Source: a bacterium
GTDB taxonomy: Bacteria > Electryoneota > Electryoneia > Electryoneales > Electryoneaceae
NCBI GenBank assembly: GCA_963675295.2
Contig: CAXXKJ010000002.1
Span: forward strand, 1,152,001 to 1,216,000
Length of the DNA stretch: 64,000 bases
Direction: 5' to 3'
Positions 9,826 to 21,490 of the stretch are shown here, piece by piece. The position numbers and the translations under genes were made by a program. Position 1 is the first letter of the stretch, and the number at the start of each line of letters is the position of its first letter. A model generated the notes under the pieces. It was not told the origin of the DNA and searched no databases. It saw nothing but the letters and a program-made list of their open reading frames with translations.

Positions 9826-11648
9826 CAAACTCCCGTCACATAGCGCCCGTTGTCCTGTTGCTCGGCCTGCTGCTGAGTGTGCTCACGCCGCACACCCTGC
9901 ATGCGAAAGACGACGGCAAGAAAGACAAAATCCTCGTCAGCAAGGTCGATTTCGTCGGCAACGAAAATGTCGGCAGTTCCGACCTGTTGCCGGTGATGAT
10001 CATGCGTCCGACCGGCATCTTCGGCTTCTTCAACGATGTGGAATATGATCAGCGCACGCTGGAGGAAGATCTTGGTTACATCGAGCTCTACTATCAGCAG
10101 CATGGCTGGTTGGAAGCGAAAGTGCTGAACCACAATGTCGAGATCGACTCCGCGGATCATGAGGCGAAGATCACGATCACGCTGGAGGAAGGGCCGCGTA
10201 CGTACGTCACCGACGTGATGCCGATCGGGAACGAGGCGTTCAGCGACGAATTCCTGCTCGACCAGTTTGACATCAAGCCGGGCGATCCGTTGAACCGGGT
10301 CAAGAATCGCGCGGGGTCGGAGCGTATCGCGCGCCGTTATGCGGAGCAAGGTTATCTCGAGGCCAGCGTCAATCCGGCGGTGATGGTCGACAAGCAGAAC
10401 CAGGAAGCGTTCATCGACCTTTCGGTCACGGAAGGCACGCAGTTCAAGGTCGGGCAGATTGTGATGTCCGGCTTCAAGAATACAAAATCGTTAGTCGTGC
10501 GGCGTGAATTGACCTTCAACAGCGGTGAAATTCTTGACTATTCCGCGTTGGCAACGACGCAGCGCAACCTTTACGAAACCAGCCTTTTCCGCAGCGTCTT
10601 TGTCCGGCAGGAAGAGAGCATTGTCGGTGATTCGACGAGCAAAGACGTGCTGATCGAGGTGGTGGAGAAGCCGCCGATCCTGTTCACGTCGTCCGTTGGA
10701 TATGCAACGCTGGAGAAACTGCGAGGACGTGTCGGTGTGCGCAACGAGAACATCTTCGGCACTGGCCGCGCGGCGGGTGTGGAAACGTGGCTCAGCTTCA
10801 TCGACCGCGGTGTCGAGCTGTCGTACAAGGAACCGTGGACGCTTGGGTTTCACTGGACGACGGACGTCACATTGACCGGTGAGTTCCGTGACGAACCCAG
10901 CTATGACTACACCCGCTACCAGGGCAAGGTTGCGCTCAGCCGCAGGGTGTTCCAGCGCGGTTTCTTCACCGTGTCGTACCGTCATGAGAACGCCGAGTAC
11001 ACCAACATCGACGTGCTCGATTTCGACGAAGAAACCAGCCCGCGCATCCGTTCGCTGAGCCAGACGCTGAGTTACGATACACGCAACGACCCGTTCAGCC
11101 CGACGAAGGGCTGGTTCGGCAGCGTGGTCAACGAATACGCGCTGAAATTTCTCGGCAGTACGAACGAATTCTTCAAGACCCGTGTCAATTACCGCGTCTT
11201 CTACCCGTTGCGTCGGGGAACAGTGCTCGCGACCAACATCGAAGGTGGTTGGGTCGACGCCGGCGGCGGGTTGGGCGATATTCCGCTGAGCGAACGTCTT
11301 TACGCCGGCGGGCCGAACGTGTTGCGTGGGTTCCCGTACCGCAGCCTCGGCCCGGTGGACAAGGACGATGGCACGCCGCTCGGTGGGCGGGCAAAGCTGG
11401 TGTGGAACGTGCTGGAAATCCGCCAGCACCTCTGGCGCTGGTTCGGGGCGGTGGCGTTCTACGACGTGGGGAACGTGTTCGAACAAACGGATGTGCTGCG
11501 TTTCGACGATTTGCGGCACAGTCCGGGGGTGGGATTGCGGTTCACGACACCGATCGGCTTGTTCCGTCTCGACTACGGCTTCAACATCTTCCCGAAAGCC
11601 GGAGAAGATCCCGGAGCCTTCCAGATTTCCATCGGGAACGCGTTCTGA
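9822..11648 (+). CDS. tamA: Omp85 family outer-membrane protein (TamA/BamA-like, about 3 POTRA domains)
   Basis: Signal peptide, POTRA repeats, YAGG..LRGF motif, TPIGLFRLDYG, C-terminal Phe; ATGA overlap with tamB. Confidence 0.88.
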   Translation: MTNSRHIAPVVLLLGLLLSVLTPHTLHAKDDGKKDKILVSKVDFVGNENVGSSDLLPVMIMRPTGIFGFFNDVEYDQRTLEEDLGYIELYYQQHGWLEAKVLNHNVEIDSADHEAKITITLEEGPRTYVTDVMPIGNEAFSDEFLLDQFDIKPGDPLNRVKNRAGSERIARRYAEQGYLEASVNPAVMVDKQNQEAFIDLSVTEGTQFKVGQIVMSGFKNTKSLVVRRELTFNSGEILDYSALATTQRNLYETSLFRSVFVRQEESIVGDSTSKDVLIEVVEKPPILFTSSVGYATLEKLRGRVGVRNENIFGTGRAAGVETWLSFIDRGVELSYKEPWTLGFHWTTDVTLTGEFRDEPSYDYTRYQGKVALSRRVFQRGFFTVSYRHENAEYTNIDVLDFDEETSPRIRSLSQTLSYDTRNDPFSPTKGWFGSVVNEYALKFLGSTNEFFKTRVNYRVFYPLRRGTVLATNIEGGWVDAGGGLGDIPLSERLYAGGPNVLRGFPYRSLGPVDKDDGTPLGGRAKLVWNVLEIRQHLWRWFGAVAFYDVGNVFEQTDVLRFDDLRHSPGVGLRFTTPIGLFRLDYGFNIFPKAGEDPGAFQISIGNAF

Positions 11649-11654
11649 TCACAC

Positions 11655-12605
11655 TCAGATCAGTACAAACACGGTATACAGGTTGATCCGGAAACGGGTA
11701 TCGTAGGGGTTGGAATCGTTCGTGTGGATGTACTCCGCGTACTCGTGGTTGTAGCCTGCGATGTAACGGTAGCTGCCGTCCGCTTCCACGCCGATTGACC
11801 AATCCTTCCTGATCGGGTGTTCGAAGTTCAGGCGCAGATCCAGCCCCATCACCTGCCCGACACGCAGCACCGCCTGTGTATGCAGCCCGTATTTCGTCGG
11901 CCAGCCGGTAAAATGCAGTGCGCCGTACACGCCGTGCATGCTGATACCCCAGTCCTTGACACGGGGAGTTTCCACGAACCACTGCGAAATGCGGTATACT
12001 TCCGGCCAGTTGATCTCGCTGTAGTAATAGCCGATTTCGTAGGTCAGGTCATGCTTGTTCGTCTCGGACATGTAGCCGATTTCGATGTCGCGCATCTCGT
12101 TGGTGACGTACAGCGTGGAGTCTGATCCGGGGGTGGGGTTGATCAGGGTCGCGTCGAAGCGTTCGACACGATAGCGCACCGAGAAGGATTCGAGCATGGT
12201 GACCCAGGTGGACGCCCGCACATACGGAACAATCCGCACGACATCCGGGATCACTTCGTAATAGCCTTCCGACTCGGAGGTGTAGCCGAAGTTTGTTTCA
12301 AGCCGCAGGCTCGGCACATTGATGATATCGAACATCTCGCCGAGGTGAAACAGCGGATGGTTCAACGCCAGCTCGATGTAAAACAGGTTGCGGCCGTAAT
12401 CGTCCAGTTCATACGGTTCCAGCCCGGCGGGCACCCAAACGTTTGCCATGTAGCCACTGCGGAGGATGAGTTCTGGCCGTCCGCCGGGAAAACCGACATG
12501 CTTTTCGTCCATCGTTTCTTCCTGCGCCTGTGCCGGGGCAAACCCGCAGGCGAGGGCTAACAGGCTTAGCAGCGCTGCCATACGGGCAGATCTAGTAGCA
12601 GTCAT
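11655..12605 (-). CDS. Secreted hypothetical protein, possible outer-membrane beta-barrel (paralog 1); start uncertain (12581 or 12605)
   Basis: Signal peptide ending APAQA; aligns by eye along its length with 12809..13777. Confidence 0.7.
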   Translation of the reverse strand: MTATRSARMAALLSLLALACGFAPAQAQEETMDEKHVGFPGGRPELILRSGYMANVWVPAGLEPYELDDYGRNLFYIELALNHPLFHLGEMFDIINVPSLRLETNFGYTSESEGYYEVIPDVVRIVPYVRASTWVTMLESFSVRYRVERFDATLINPTPGSDSTLYVTNEMRDIEIGYMSETNKHDLTYEIGYYYSEINWPEVYRISQWFVETPRVKDWGISMHGVYGALHFTGWPTKYGLHTQAVLRVGQVMGLDLRLNFEHPIRKDWSIGVEADGSYRYIAGYNHEYAEYIHTNDSNPYDTRFRINLYTVFVLI

Positions 12606-12808
12606 GATGGAATGTCGCATAATCATAGCAGTGAGAACATCGTATACAAGGTGAACCGGTAGCGAACATCTTACTGAGGCCAGCAACAAAATCAGCAGGA
12701 GAACGGATGTCGTCCGTTCAGCATTGAGCCGCCCTCGCTCATTTCAGGCGAATCCGGTACTCGTATGTATTGTCCGGCCGTCCAATTGAACGGCGATCCA
12801 ACAATCGG

Positions 12809-13777
12809 CTACATCAACACCAGGACGGTGTAGAGTGTCATCATATAGCGTACATCGCGCGGGTTTTCCGCACGCATCTGATAATCGAACTGACCGTCGT
12901 TCTTGAAGCCTTCGAGGCTGCGCAGGCTGGCCTCCAGTTGCACCCCGAGAAACCACGACTTCAACAGTTCCTGTTCGAACCGAACCCTCGCGTCCACACC
13001 CGTGATATCGCCCACCCGCAGCAGGAACTGGCTGTGCACCGGCCACACGTGCGGAATCGGACGCGTGATGATACCGGCGTACACACCCTGGGCTTCGAAT
13101 TCTTCCTGGATCAGGAGGCTGAACGAGTCAAACCCCTCCTGGTTGTAGTTGATCACCATCGGCCAGTTCATTGTACTAAAGTACATCCCCAGCTCGAACA
13201 TCGTCTCGTTGATCTCGCCGCCCGGCGACCCGATCAGTCCGATCTCGAGGTCGGACATGCGGTTGCTGATCGTACGGAAGGGAACGATGACGGACGGGTT
13301 GCCGTGCTCGTCCAGTCCGAAATCGCGTGGATCGATAATGGTCGCCTGAAAACGTTCCTCGCGAAAGCGGAAGGAAAACCACTCCCAGAACGTGAGCCAG
13401 CCGGAGGCGCGTATATATGGATTGTTGCGGATGGAGTGGGGGATCAGTTCTTCAAAGCCACTGTTGCTTGCGGAATAGCCGAGGTTGGATTCGATGCGCA
13501 GCCGTGGGATCTGGAGCAGGTCGAATGCTTCGCCCGCGATCAGCAGAGGATGCACAATCGCCAGCTCCGCGTACAGCATCTCGCGGCCATAGTTGTCAAC
13601 TTCGTATGGGTCGAGGCCGTAAGGGGTCCATCTCGTGCCGGTATATCCGGCGCGAAGTTCGAGAGTAAAGGGCCCGCCGAAAAAGCCATCTTTGTCATCA
13701 CCGTTGTCATCCGCGAGCACGCCCAACGGAAGCAACAGGCTTGTCACCAGCAGCAAACTGATTGTGGCTCGATGCAT
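12809..13777 (-). CDS. Secreted hypothetical protein, possible outer-membrane beta-barrel (paralog 2)
   Basis: Signal peptide; shared motifs LR.GY...W.P.GL.PYE.D.YGR, LR.E.N.GY, PY.RAS.W.T, D.RY...LYTV. Confidence 0.75.
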   Translation of the reverse strand: MHRATISLLLVTSLLLPLGVLADDNGDDKDGFFGGPFTLELRAGYTGTRWTPYGLDPYEVDNYGREMLYAELAIVHPLLIAGEAFDLLQIPRLRIESNLGYSASNSGFEELIPHSIRNNPYIRASGWLTFWEWFSFRFREERFQATIIDPRDFGLDEHGNPSVIVPFRTISNRMSDLEIGLIGSPGGEINETMFELGMYFSTMNWPMVINYNQEGFDSFSLLIQEEFEAQGVYAGIITRPIPHVWPVHSQFLLRVGDITGVDARVRFEQELLKSWFLGVQLEASLRSLEGFKNDGQFDYQMRAENPRDVRYMMTLYTVLVLM

Positions 13778-13892
13778 GATTTACCCACGTGACCCGTCCA
13801 TTATACTAAGCTAATTGGATTTCGTTCCGCTCTCAAATGGAGCGCAGGGTAAACGACGCGTCATTATCGCACCTGAACTTGAGTGGATTACC

Positions 13893-14639
13893 ATGCAATA
13901 CACCGCACCGATTGTTTCCGGAACACTTGTCAAGCGGTACAAACGTTTTCTTGCTGATGTCGAGGTGGACGGAGAAGTCCTCACCGTACACTGCCCGAAC
14001 TCCGGTTCGATGGCGGGCTTGCTGGACGATGGAAACCCGGTCCGCATCTCCGGGCCGCACGGCGGCAAACGGAAACTGTTGTACACGCTCGAGCAGATTC
14101 GGATCACCCGTCCGGATGGGACAGCGTTGTGGGTCGGAGTCAACACAGGCGTACCTAACAAAATCGTCCGCGAGCTGGCGGAGGCAGGCGAACTGCCCGG
14201 GTTCGAGGACTGCACGGCTGTCCGCAGTGAGGTCAAGCTGGGTGAACACAGCCGGATCGACCTTAAGCTGGAGTTCGCCGAGGGTCCAGACGCCTGGGTC
14301 GAGGTGAAGAATTGCACCATGGTGCAGGAGGATGTGACGGACAAGGCGTCGGTGAATGTAGGCTCGGTCGCGACGTTCCCGGACGCCGTTACCTCGCGCG
14401 GATTGAAGCACCTCGACGAGTTGATCGGACGGGTGCAGGCGGGCGAACGCGCGGCGGTGGTGTTCACCGTGCAACGCAACGATGCCGACCGGTTTGCGCC
14501 GGCGGTGGCGTATGATCCGGCATACACGAAGCGGTTCCACGAGGCGAAGGAGATCGGTGTGCGGATGATTCCGTTGCCGACGGATGTGCGTGCGGACGGA
14601 GTGACTCTCGGTAACCAGCCTTTGCCGGTGATCGTCTAG
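13893..14639 (+). CDS. sfsA: DNA/RNA nuclease SfsA
   Basis: KRYKRFLADV, HCPNSGSM, SRIDL, VEVKN, FPDAVTSRGLKHLDEL. Confidence 0.95.
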   Translation: MQYTAPIVSGTLVKRYKRFLADVEVDGEVLTVHCPNSGSMAGLLDDGNPVRISGPHGGKRKLLYTLEQIRITRPDGTALWVGVNTGVPNKIVRELAEAGELPGFEDCTAVRSEVKLGEHSRIDLKLEFAEGPDAWVEVKNCTMVQEDVTDKASVNVGSVATFPDAVTSRGLKHLDELIGRVQAGERAAVVFTVQRNDADRFAPAVAYDPAYTKRFHEAKEIGVRMIPLPTDVRADGVTLGNQPLPVIV

Positions 14640-14661
14640 TCGCGTACAATCCGCCAGCAAT

Positions 14662-14752
14662 AAACTAGGGACAGACCCATATAAACTTGTTGTCAGTAAA
14701 CGGTTTCAGCGGTTTTTCCGGATTACGATTAATAGGGGTCTGTCCCTAGTTT
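14662..14752. repeat. 17-bp inverted repeat pair (REPIN/MITE-like)
   Basis: AAACTAGGGACAGACCC (14662-14678) and GGGTCTGTCCCTAGTTT (14736-14752) around an AT-rich spacer. Confidence 0.8.
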
Positions 14753-14900
14753 TATGATACTTATTTCACAAGATTGAGCAGGGTGGGAACAGTCGCATGG
14801 ATGGCCCGGACGCCTCGGAGTCGCGGCATCTTTGGGTTGGGCTTTGGCCAATTCGTTGCTACTCTCCCATGCGTGAATCAGGGAACAAGCTGGAACGACG

Positions 14901-15506
14901 ATGACTCAGCAGGATCAACAGAAACGGATACTGGACGCGGCGTTACGGCGTTTCGCCAAGTACGGCGTCGCGATTACGGATCTGGAAGATGTCGCCCGGG
15001 ATTCCGGGGTTACGGTTGGTGTTGTGCGCGGGTTGTACGGCGACCGCGACACGTTGCTGCGGGAGGTGGTGACCGAAACCACTGACCCGATGGTCGCGGC
15101 GATCTCGATGATTAGCGAGGAAGAGGACGATCCACGCGAGTGGCTGCGCAAGTCGCTGGAGATGTACGAACAGCTGATGCAGCAGAATCCGCTCTACCTG
15201 AAGCTGGTGCAACGCATCATGCTGCAGGAGCCCGATACGCTGAAGCGGATGTACGACACGAACTTCGTCCCATCCGAATTTTACGAGCGGCTGACGAAAT
15301 TCGCGGAGGAGGGCGTGTTCCGTCTCAAGGATCCGTTCTTCATCGGCCTGTTCATCGACTGCATGCTGATCTTCCCGCACATGCTCGGTTCGATGATCGG
15401 CGACTACTTCCCGGGTGTCAGCAACGAAGAGTTCCAGGAGAAGAAGCTGACGGCGATGATCGACCTGCTCGAGAACGGCTTGTACAGCGATCAGGCGTCG
15501 TCCTGA
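14901..15506 (+). CDS. TetR/AcrR family transcriptional regulator
   Basis: RILDAALRRFAKYG...LEDVARDSGVT HTH, helical C-terminal domain. Confidence 0.85.
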   Translation: MTQQDQQKRILDAALRRFAKYGVAITDLEDVARDSGVTVGVVRGLYGDRDTLLREVVTETTDPMVAAISMISEEEDDPREWLRKSLEMYEQLMQQNPLYLKLVQRIMLQEPDTLKRMYDTNFVPSEFYERLTKFAEEGVFRLKDPFFIGLFIDCMLIFPHMLGSMIGDYFPGVSNEEFQEKKLTAMIDLLENGLYSDQASS

Positions 15507-16489
15507 CCGTTCCCACCCACGTCCTGAACGATGAAGAAGCCATCACGGCCTTCATTCTGATACAATGGCAGGAAGATCCGGCCTGACACCGCGGAGGTGA
15601 TCGGGCCGTTTCTGTCTTCGGCCAGAATTTCACCCGCATTGATCGGCTGGAAGTTGGCATAGCCGGGCCGCATGCGGAAATTGTCGCCAGGCTGGATCAC
15701 GTGATGGTGGATCACCTCTACCGGCGGGTGGGTAGCGCTTGCCGGTTGCAACTCGGCGTTCCGGGCACGCACTCGCAGTGGGATTCGGTCCCATTCGATC
15801 ATCCCGGCGGTGCTCAGAGCCTGCCAGATGCTTGTCTCGTGAATGTCCACCGAATCGGCCTGCAGATGGGACCCGGCCTCGAAGGCGAGCGACGCCCAGC
15901 CCAGTTCGCTGGTGTGTTTGACCAGCATGCCGTCCAGGTAGTCGGTCACCTTGCGAACCTCGATTGCGCCGATGTTGCGAACGATGTCGCGCGCACGGCC
16001 ATTGCCGGCGTGCGCGATGAACGGCGCGCTGGCGGCGGAGGTCGTGTGCAGGTCGAGCAGGAAGCGTTGGTCGGCGTTCGTGGATTCGCTCAGTGCATCG
16101 AGGATGGAACGCAGCTCAAACAGTTGCTCCTGCTCGATACTGCGTGGGCCGTTGGTGAGGATCGTGTCCACATTTTCCCGTGTCCAGATGCGGTTCAGGT
16201 CTTCATCGATGAGACGCAGGCGGGCTTCGTAGGCGGGTACGTTCCCGATAACCGCAGTCAGGCTACCGCGGAAGGGAATGGTGCCTCTGCGCAGGGAGTG
16301 CAGCACACGCATGGCGGCATCGCCACCGGAGATCTCATTGCCGTGCAGGCAGGCGACGATGAGCACGGCCGGTCCGGGTTCGCCGGTGTCGTGATAGCCC
16401 AGCAGACGGTGCCGCATGGATTGCAGCCAAACGGGCGGTTCAAGTGTAGGTTGCGCATCCAATCCGGCGTCCTCGGTCCTGACCAACAA
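15491..16489 (-). CDS. Succinylglutamate desuccinylase/aspartoacylase (M14-like Zn deacylase) family protein
   Basis: LHGNE, DLNR, LDLHTTS, FEAGSH motifs; C-terminal beta-hybrid domain. Confidence 0.9.
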   Translation of the reverse strand: MLVRTEDAGLDAQPTLEPPVWLQSMRHRLLGYHDTGEPGPAVLIVACLHGNEISGGDAAMRVLHSLRRGTIPFRGSLTAVIGNVPAYEARLRLIDEDLNRIWTRENVDTILTNGPRSIEQEQLFELRSILDALSESTNADQRFLLDLHTTSAASAPFIAHAGNGRARDIVRNIGAIEVRKVTDYLDGMLVKHTSELGWASLAFEAGSHLQADSVDIHETSIWQALSTAGMIEWDRIPLRVRARNAELQPASATHPPVEVIHHHVIQPGDNFRMRPGYANFQPINAGEILAEDRNGPITSAVSGRIFLPLYQNEGRDGFFIVQDVGGNGQDDA

Positions 16490-16493
16490 CGTG

Positions 16494-18425
<1,932 letters not shown>

Positions 18426-18649
18426 CGGATGATGAGCGTGTGATGTTAGGGGAAACTAAACGGCAGGCGAAAAGCTGTCAAGCGAATCGGTCATCTTGCT
18501 GCGGATCAGGGGGAGGCGCAGGTCAGTCACGACAGGCAGTGAAAGCACAATCCAGTTGTGCTCGGGGGCGCTGTGGATTCTGTTCCGGTTTGCGCGTCCC
18601 GGGGTGAAAACCTACCTTCACACATCTCTAACGAATCCCCGGAAAACCC

Positions 18650-19747
18650 ATGCAAAGCATATCTCGAAGCGAGTTCCTGGACGAGCTTTCCATTTGTGCG
18701 GAAGATGTCCGTAAGATCGTCTGCGACCACCGCTACCAGTCCCGTTTTGCCCCGGAGGACCTCCGCGACGCGGCAATTCTCTACACCACATCGGGCGGAA
18801 AGCGGCTCCGTCCCGCGATTCTGCTCTGGAGTTGTGGTGCGGTCGGAGGTGATCCGAAGGTTGCGATGCCGGCCGCCGCGTCGGTGGAGTTGTTTCACAC
18901 GTGGACGCTGGTCCATGACGACATCATTGACCGGGATGAGCGACGGCGTGGTGGAGCGACGGTACATGAACGGTTCCGGCAGGTGTCCAGTGATCGTCAC
19001 CCCGAGCTGCCCGCGAAGGAACACTCGCACTACGGGATCAGCGTCGCGGTGCTCGCCGGGGATGTGCAGCACGGTTGGTCGATCGCGTTGCTGGTGGAGC
19101 TGGCGCAACGGAACGGTCTCGATCCACGAGTCGCGCTGCATCTGATCGACCGGCTGGACAACGATGTGCTCAATCTGCTGGTGTCCGGCGAATTGCTCGA
19201 CGTGCAATTCTGCCAGATGCCCCTGGGCAGCCTGACCATCGCCGACATCGAAGACATGCTGTGGAAGAAAACCAGCGTGCTCTACCGGTATTGCGCGGAA
19301 GCGGGTGCGTTGATCGGCCTCAATCGGCTCGACGTTGACGATGAGCGCGTGAAGGGCTTGATCGAATTTTCCAGCTTGTGCGGCACGGCATTCCAGCTGC
19401 AGGACGACATCCTCGGCGTGATTGGCAATCCGGAGCAGACCGGCAAGCCGGTGGGGAACGACATTCGTGAAGGTAAGCGCACGACACTTGTGCACTATGC
19501 CTATACAGACGCCGATCCCGGTGAACGTGAATTCCTCGCGTCCACGTTGGGCAACCTGCAGGCGTCCCAGGCGGACATTCAACGGGCGATTGAGATCATC
19601 GAACGCCGGGGTGGGGTAGAACGGACCCGCGAACGGGCGCGCCGGTACATCGAGGAAGCACAGGCACAGCTTGAGGTGTTACCGGACACTCGCTACCGGG
19701 CGCTGCTCGCGGCGTGGGCGGAATATCTCATCAGCCGGGAGGTGTAA
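18650..19747 (+). CDS. Polyprenyl diphosphate synthase (IdsA/GGPP synthase-like)
   Basis: GGKRLRP, FARM HDDIIDRDERRRG, KT motif, second motif FQLQDDILG, DIREGKRT. Confidence 0.93.
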   Translation: MQSISRSEFLDELSICAEDVRKIVCDHRYQSRFAPEDLRDAAILYTTSGGKRLRPAILLWSCGAVGGDPKVAMPAAASVELFHTWTLVHDDIIDRDERRRGGATVHERFRQVSSDRHPELPAKEHSHYGISVAVLAGDVQHGWSIALLVELAQRNGLDPRVALHLIDRLDNDVLNLLVSGELLDVQFCQMPLGSLTIADIEDMLWKKTSVLYRYCAEAGALIGLNRLDVDDERVKGLIEFSSLCGTAFQLQDDILGVIGNPEQTGKPVGNDIREGKRTTLVHYAYTDADPGEREFLASTLGNLQASQADIQRAIEIIERRGGVERTRERARRYIEEAQAQLEVLPDTRYRALLAAWAEYLISREV

Positions 19748-19760
19748 GGAGAAGACGGCT

Positions 19761-19816
19761 GTTAGCGCTGAGCTTTGAGCCGTGAGCTCCGAGTTTTGAT
19801 CCTTGAGCTGTGAACG
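19761..19816. repeat. Degenerate heptamer array (TGAGCT-type)
   Basis: ctgagct ttgagcc gtgagct ccgagtt ttgatcc ttgagct gtgaacg. Confidence 0.7.
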
Positions 19817-19978
19817 AGATGATCCGGGAAACTTTATCCTCAAAGTGTCCCTGATCATCTCTCCTTCGGACTTCGTTTGCCGCAAATACACGGCGTGGCT
19901 GGTGTTTTCCCCTGGCGTTTTGGGAACGCGGCTGCCCGCAGTGGTTGCTGTTTCCAGGTACACCGGGGATACTACGTA

Positions 19979-20057
19979 AACCGGGGACACTTGACGGAGC
20001 AAGTGTCCCCGGTTCCATGCTATTACCACGGACTTAAGTCCGTGGTAATAGCATGGA
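19979..20057. repeat. Two abutting palindromes: a 15-bp-stem hairpin and a 44-bp perfect palindrome
   Basis: AACCGGGGACACTTG-acggag-CAAGTGTCCCCGGTT, then TCCATGCTATTACCACGGACTT|AAGTCCGTGGTAATAGCATGGA. Confidence 0.9.
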
Positions 20058-20078
20058 CTCACAGCTCACAGCTCACAG
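20058..20078. repeat. Heptamer repeat (CTCACAG)x3
   Basis: Exact triple repeat 2 bp from the sulfatase stop codon. Confidence 0.85.
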
Positions 20079-20080
20079 AA

Positions 20081-21490
20081 TCACCCACCCTGCTGGATAT
20101 CGTCCGGCATCCACTGGGCGAGATCCGCCTTGATACTGTCATACTGCGGGTCGTGGGCGAGGTTGTTCCACTCGTTGTCGTCGGCATCGTGATCGTAGAG
20201 CTCCTCGCTGCCGTCGGCATAACGAATGTAGCGCCAGCGCTTGTCACGGATCGCGTGGTTGCCCGCGCCGTGTGTAGTCAGGGCGGGAACGGTCCGCGGC
20301 GTCGCCGGATCCTCAAGCTGCGGTCGCAGGCTGATGCCTTCCATGTACGGCTGTTCCGCCAGATTGCAGATGTCGACGAAGGTCGGCATGATATCGAGCA
20401 GGCTTACCGGCTCATGGCAGACACCGCCCGGTGTCGTCATGCCCGGCACCCGGACCAGTAACGGTACGTGCGTCGATTCTTCCCACAGCGTCCACTTGCG
20501 CCAGTGCCGTTTCTCGCCGAGGTGGAAGCCATGATCGGCGGAGATAACGACCATCGTGTCATCAGCGTAGCCGGACGAATCCAACGCGTCCAGCACCTTG
20601 CCGACGGTATTGTCCACGAAGCTGATCGCCCCGAGATACGCCGCGACGGCCTTACGCCAGTTCTTGTGTTCGAGAATCGAGTCAAACAGCCCGGATTGAA
20701 TCAGGTCGAGCCCTGCCTGCGGAATGTCGGAGAGATCCACCGGTGTGTACGGCGGCAGCGACAGCGTTTCCAGGTTGTATTGCTGGATGAACTTCCGCGG
20801 CGGGACAGCCGGATAGTGCGTCGCACGGGTGCCGAGGAACGCGAAGAACGGTTCGGGCATACCGCCCAGCAGCCGGTCGTTCATGAAATCCGAGCGCGCT
20901 TCATCCTGGAATGAGTTCATCGGGGAATCGTTCGGACCCCAGAGGAAATCAGTGTTGTCGTTGAGCTGCTGATCCTGCCCGATCCACGGATGATACGGCT
21001 GATACGGATCGCCGCCATTCAGCAGGTGCGGCGGTGGCAGTCCGCGGAAAACTTCATGCCATGGTTCGGTGTCCATGAAGGGCGGGTGATAGAACTTGCC
21101 CGAGCCGACGTTATAGTATCCCGCGTCGATGAACTCATCCGGCATCGTCTTGTAGTTGTTCGGCAGACGCGACCGCCAGTCTTCGCCATTGTAGTACACG
21201 CCGGTGGTGGCACACTTGAGGCTGGTGAACATGCCGGTACGGGACGGATTGCAGGCCGGACCACTGCAATGCGCGTTGGTGAACAGCACACCTGTCTGCG
21301 CGAACGCGTCCAGGTTGGGCGTGATCGCGTCGGGATGTCCCATCACTCCGAGCCAGTCATTCAGATCTTCGATGAAAATGAAGAGAACGTTCGGGTGCGT
21401 GGGCTGCGAGAATGCACGCTGCATCGGTTTGGCGGCAACCGCCGCCGCTCCGGCAAGCGACATTCGATTCAGAAAACTGCGTCTCTCCAT
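20081..21490 (-). CDS. Tat-exported Cys-type sulfatase (iduronate/choline sulfatase-like)
   Basis: RRSFL Tat signal, CNPSR formylglycine motif, GKFYH, ADHGFHLGEK. Confidence 0.95.
   Translation of the reverse strand: MERRSFLNRMSLAGAAAVAAKPMQRAFSQPTHPNVLFIFIEDLNDWLGVMGHPDAITPNLDAFAQTGVLFTNAHCSGPACNPSRTGMFTSLKCATTGVYYNGEDWRSRLPNNYKTMPDEFIDAGYYNVGSGKFYHPPFMDTEPWHEVFRGLPPPHLLNGGDPYQPYHPWIGQDQQLNDNTDFLWGPNDSPMNSFQDEARSDFMNDRLLGGMPEPFFAFLGTRATHYPAVPPRKFIQQYNLETLSLPPYTPVDLSDIPQAGLDLIQSGLFDSILEHKNWRKAVAAYLGAISFVDNTVGKVLDALDSSGYADDTMVVISADHGFHLGEKRHWRKWTLWEESTHVPLLVRVPGMTTPGGVCHEPVSLLDIMPTFVDICNLAEQPYMEGISLRPQLEDPATPRTVPALTTHGAGNHAIRDKRWRYIRYADGSEELYDHDADDNEWNNLAHDPQYDSIKADLAQWMPDDIQQGG

Noticed and set aside
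12660-12745. Signal-peptide-like codons upstream of paralog 1 (possible decayed extra paralog start)
   Set aside because: Too short, no start codon in frame, and similarity is only generic hydrophobicity
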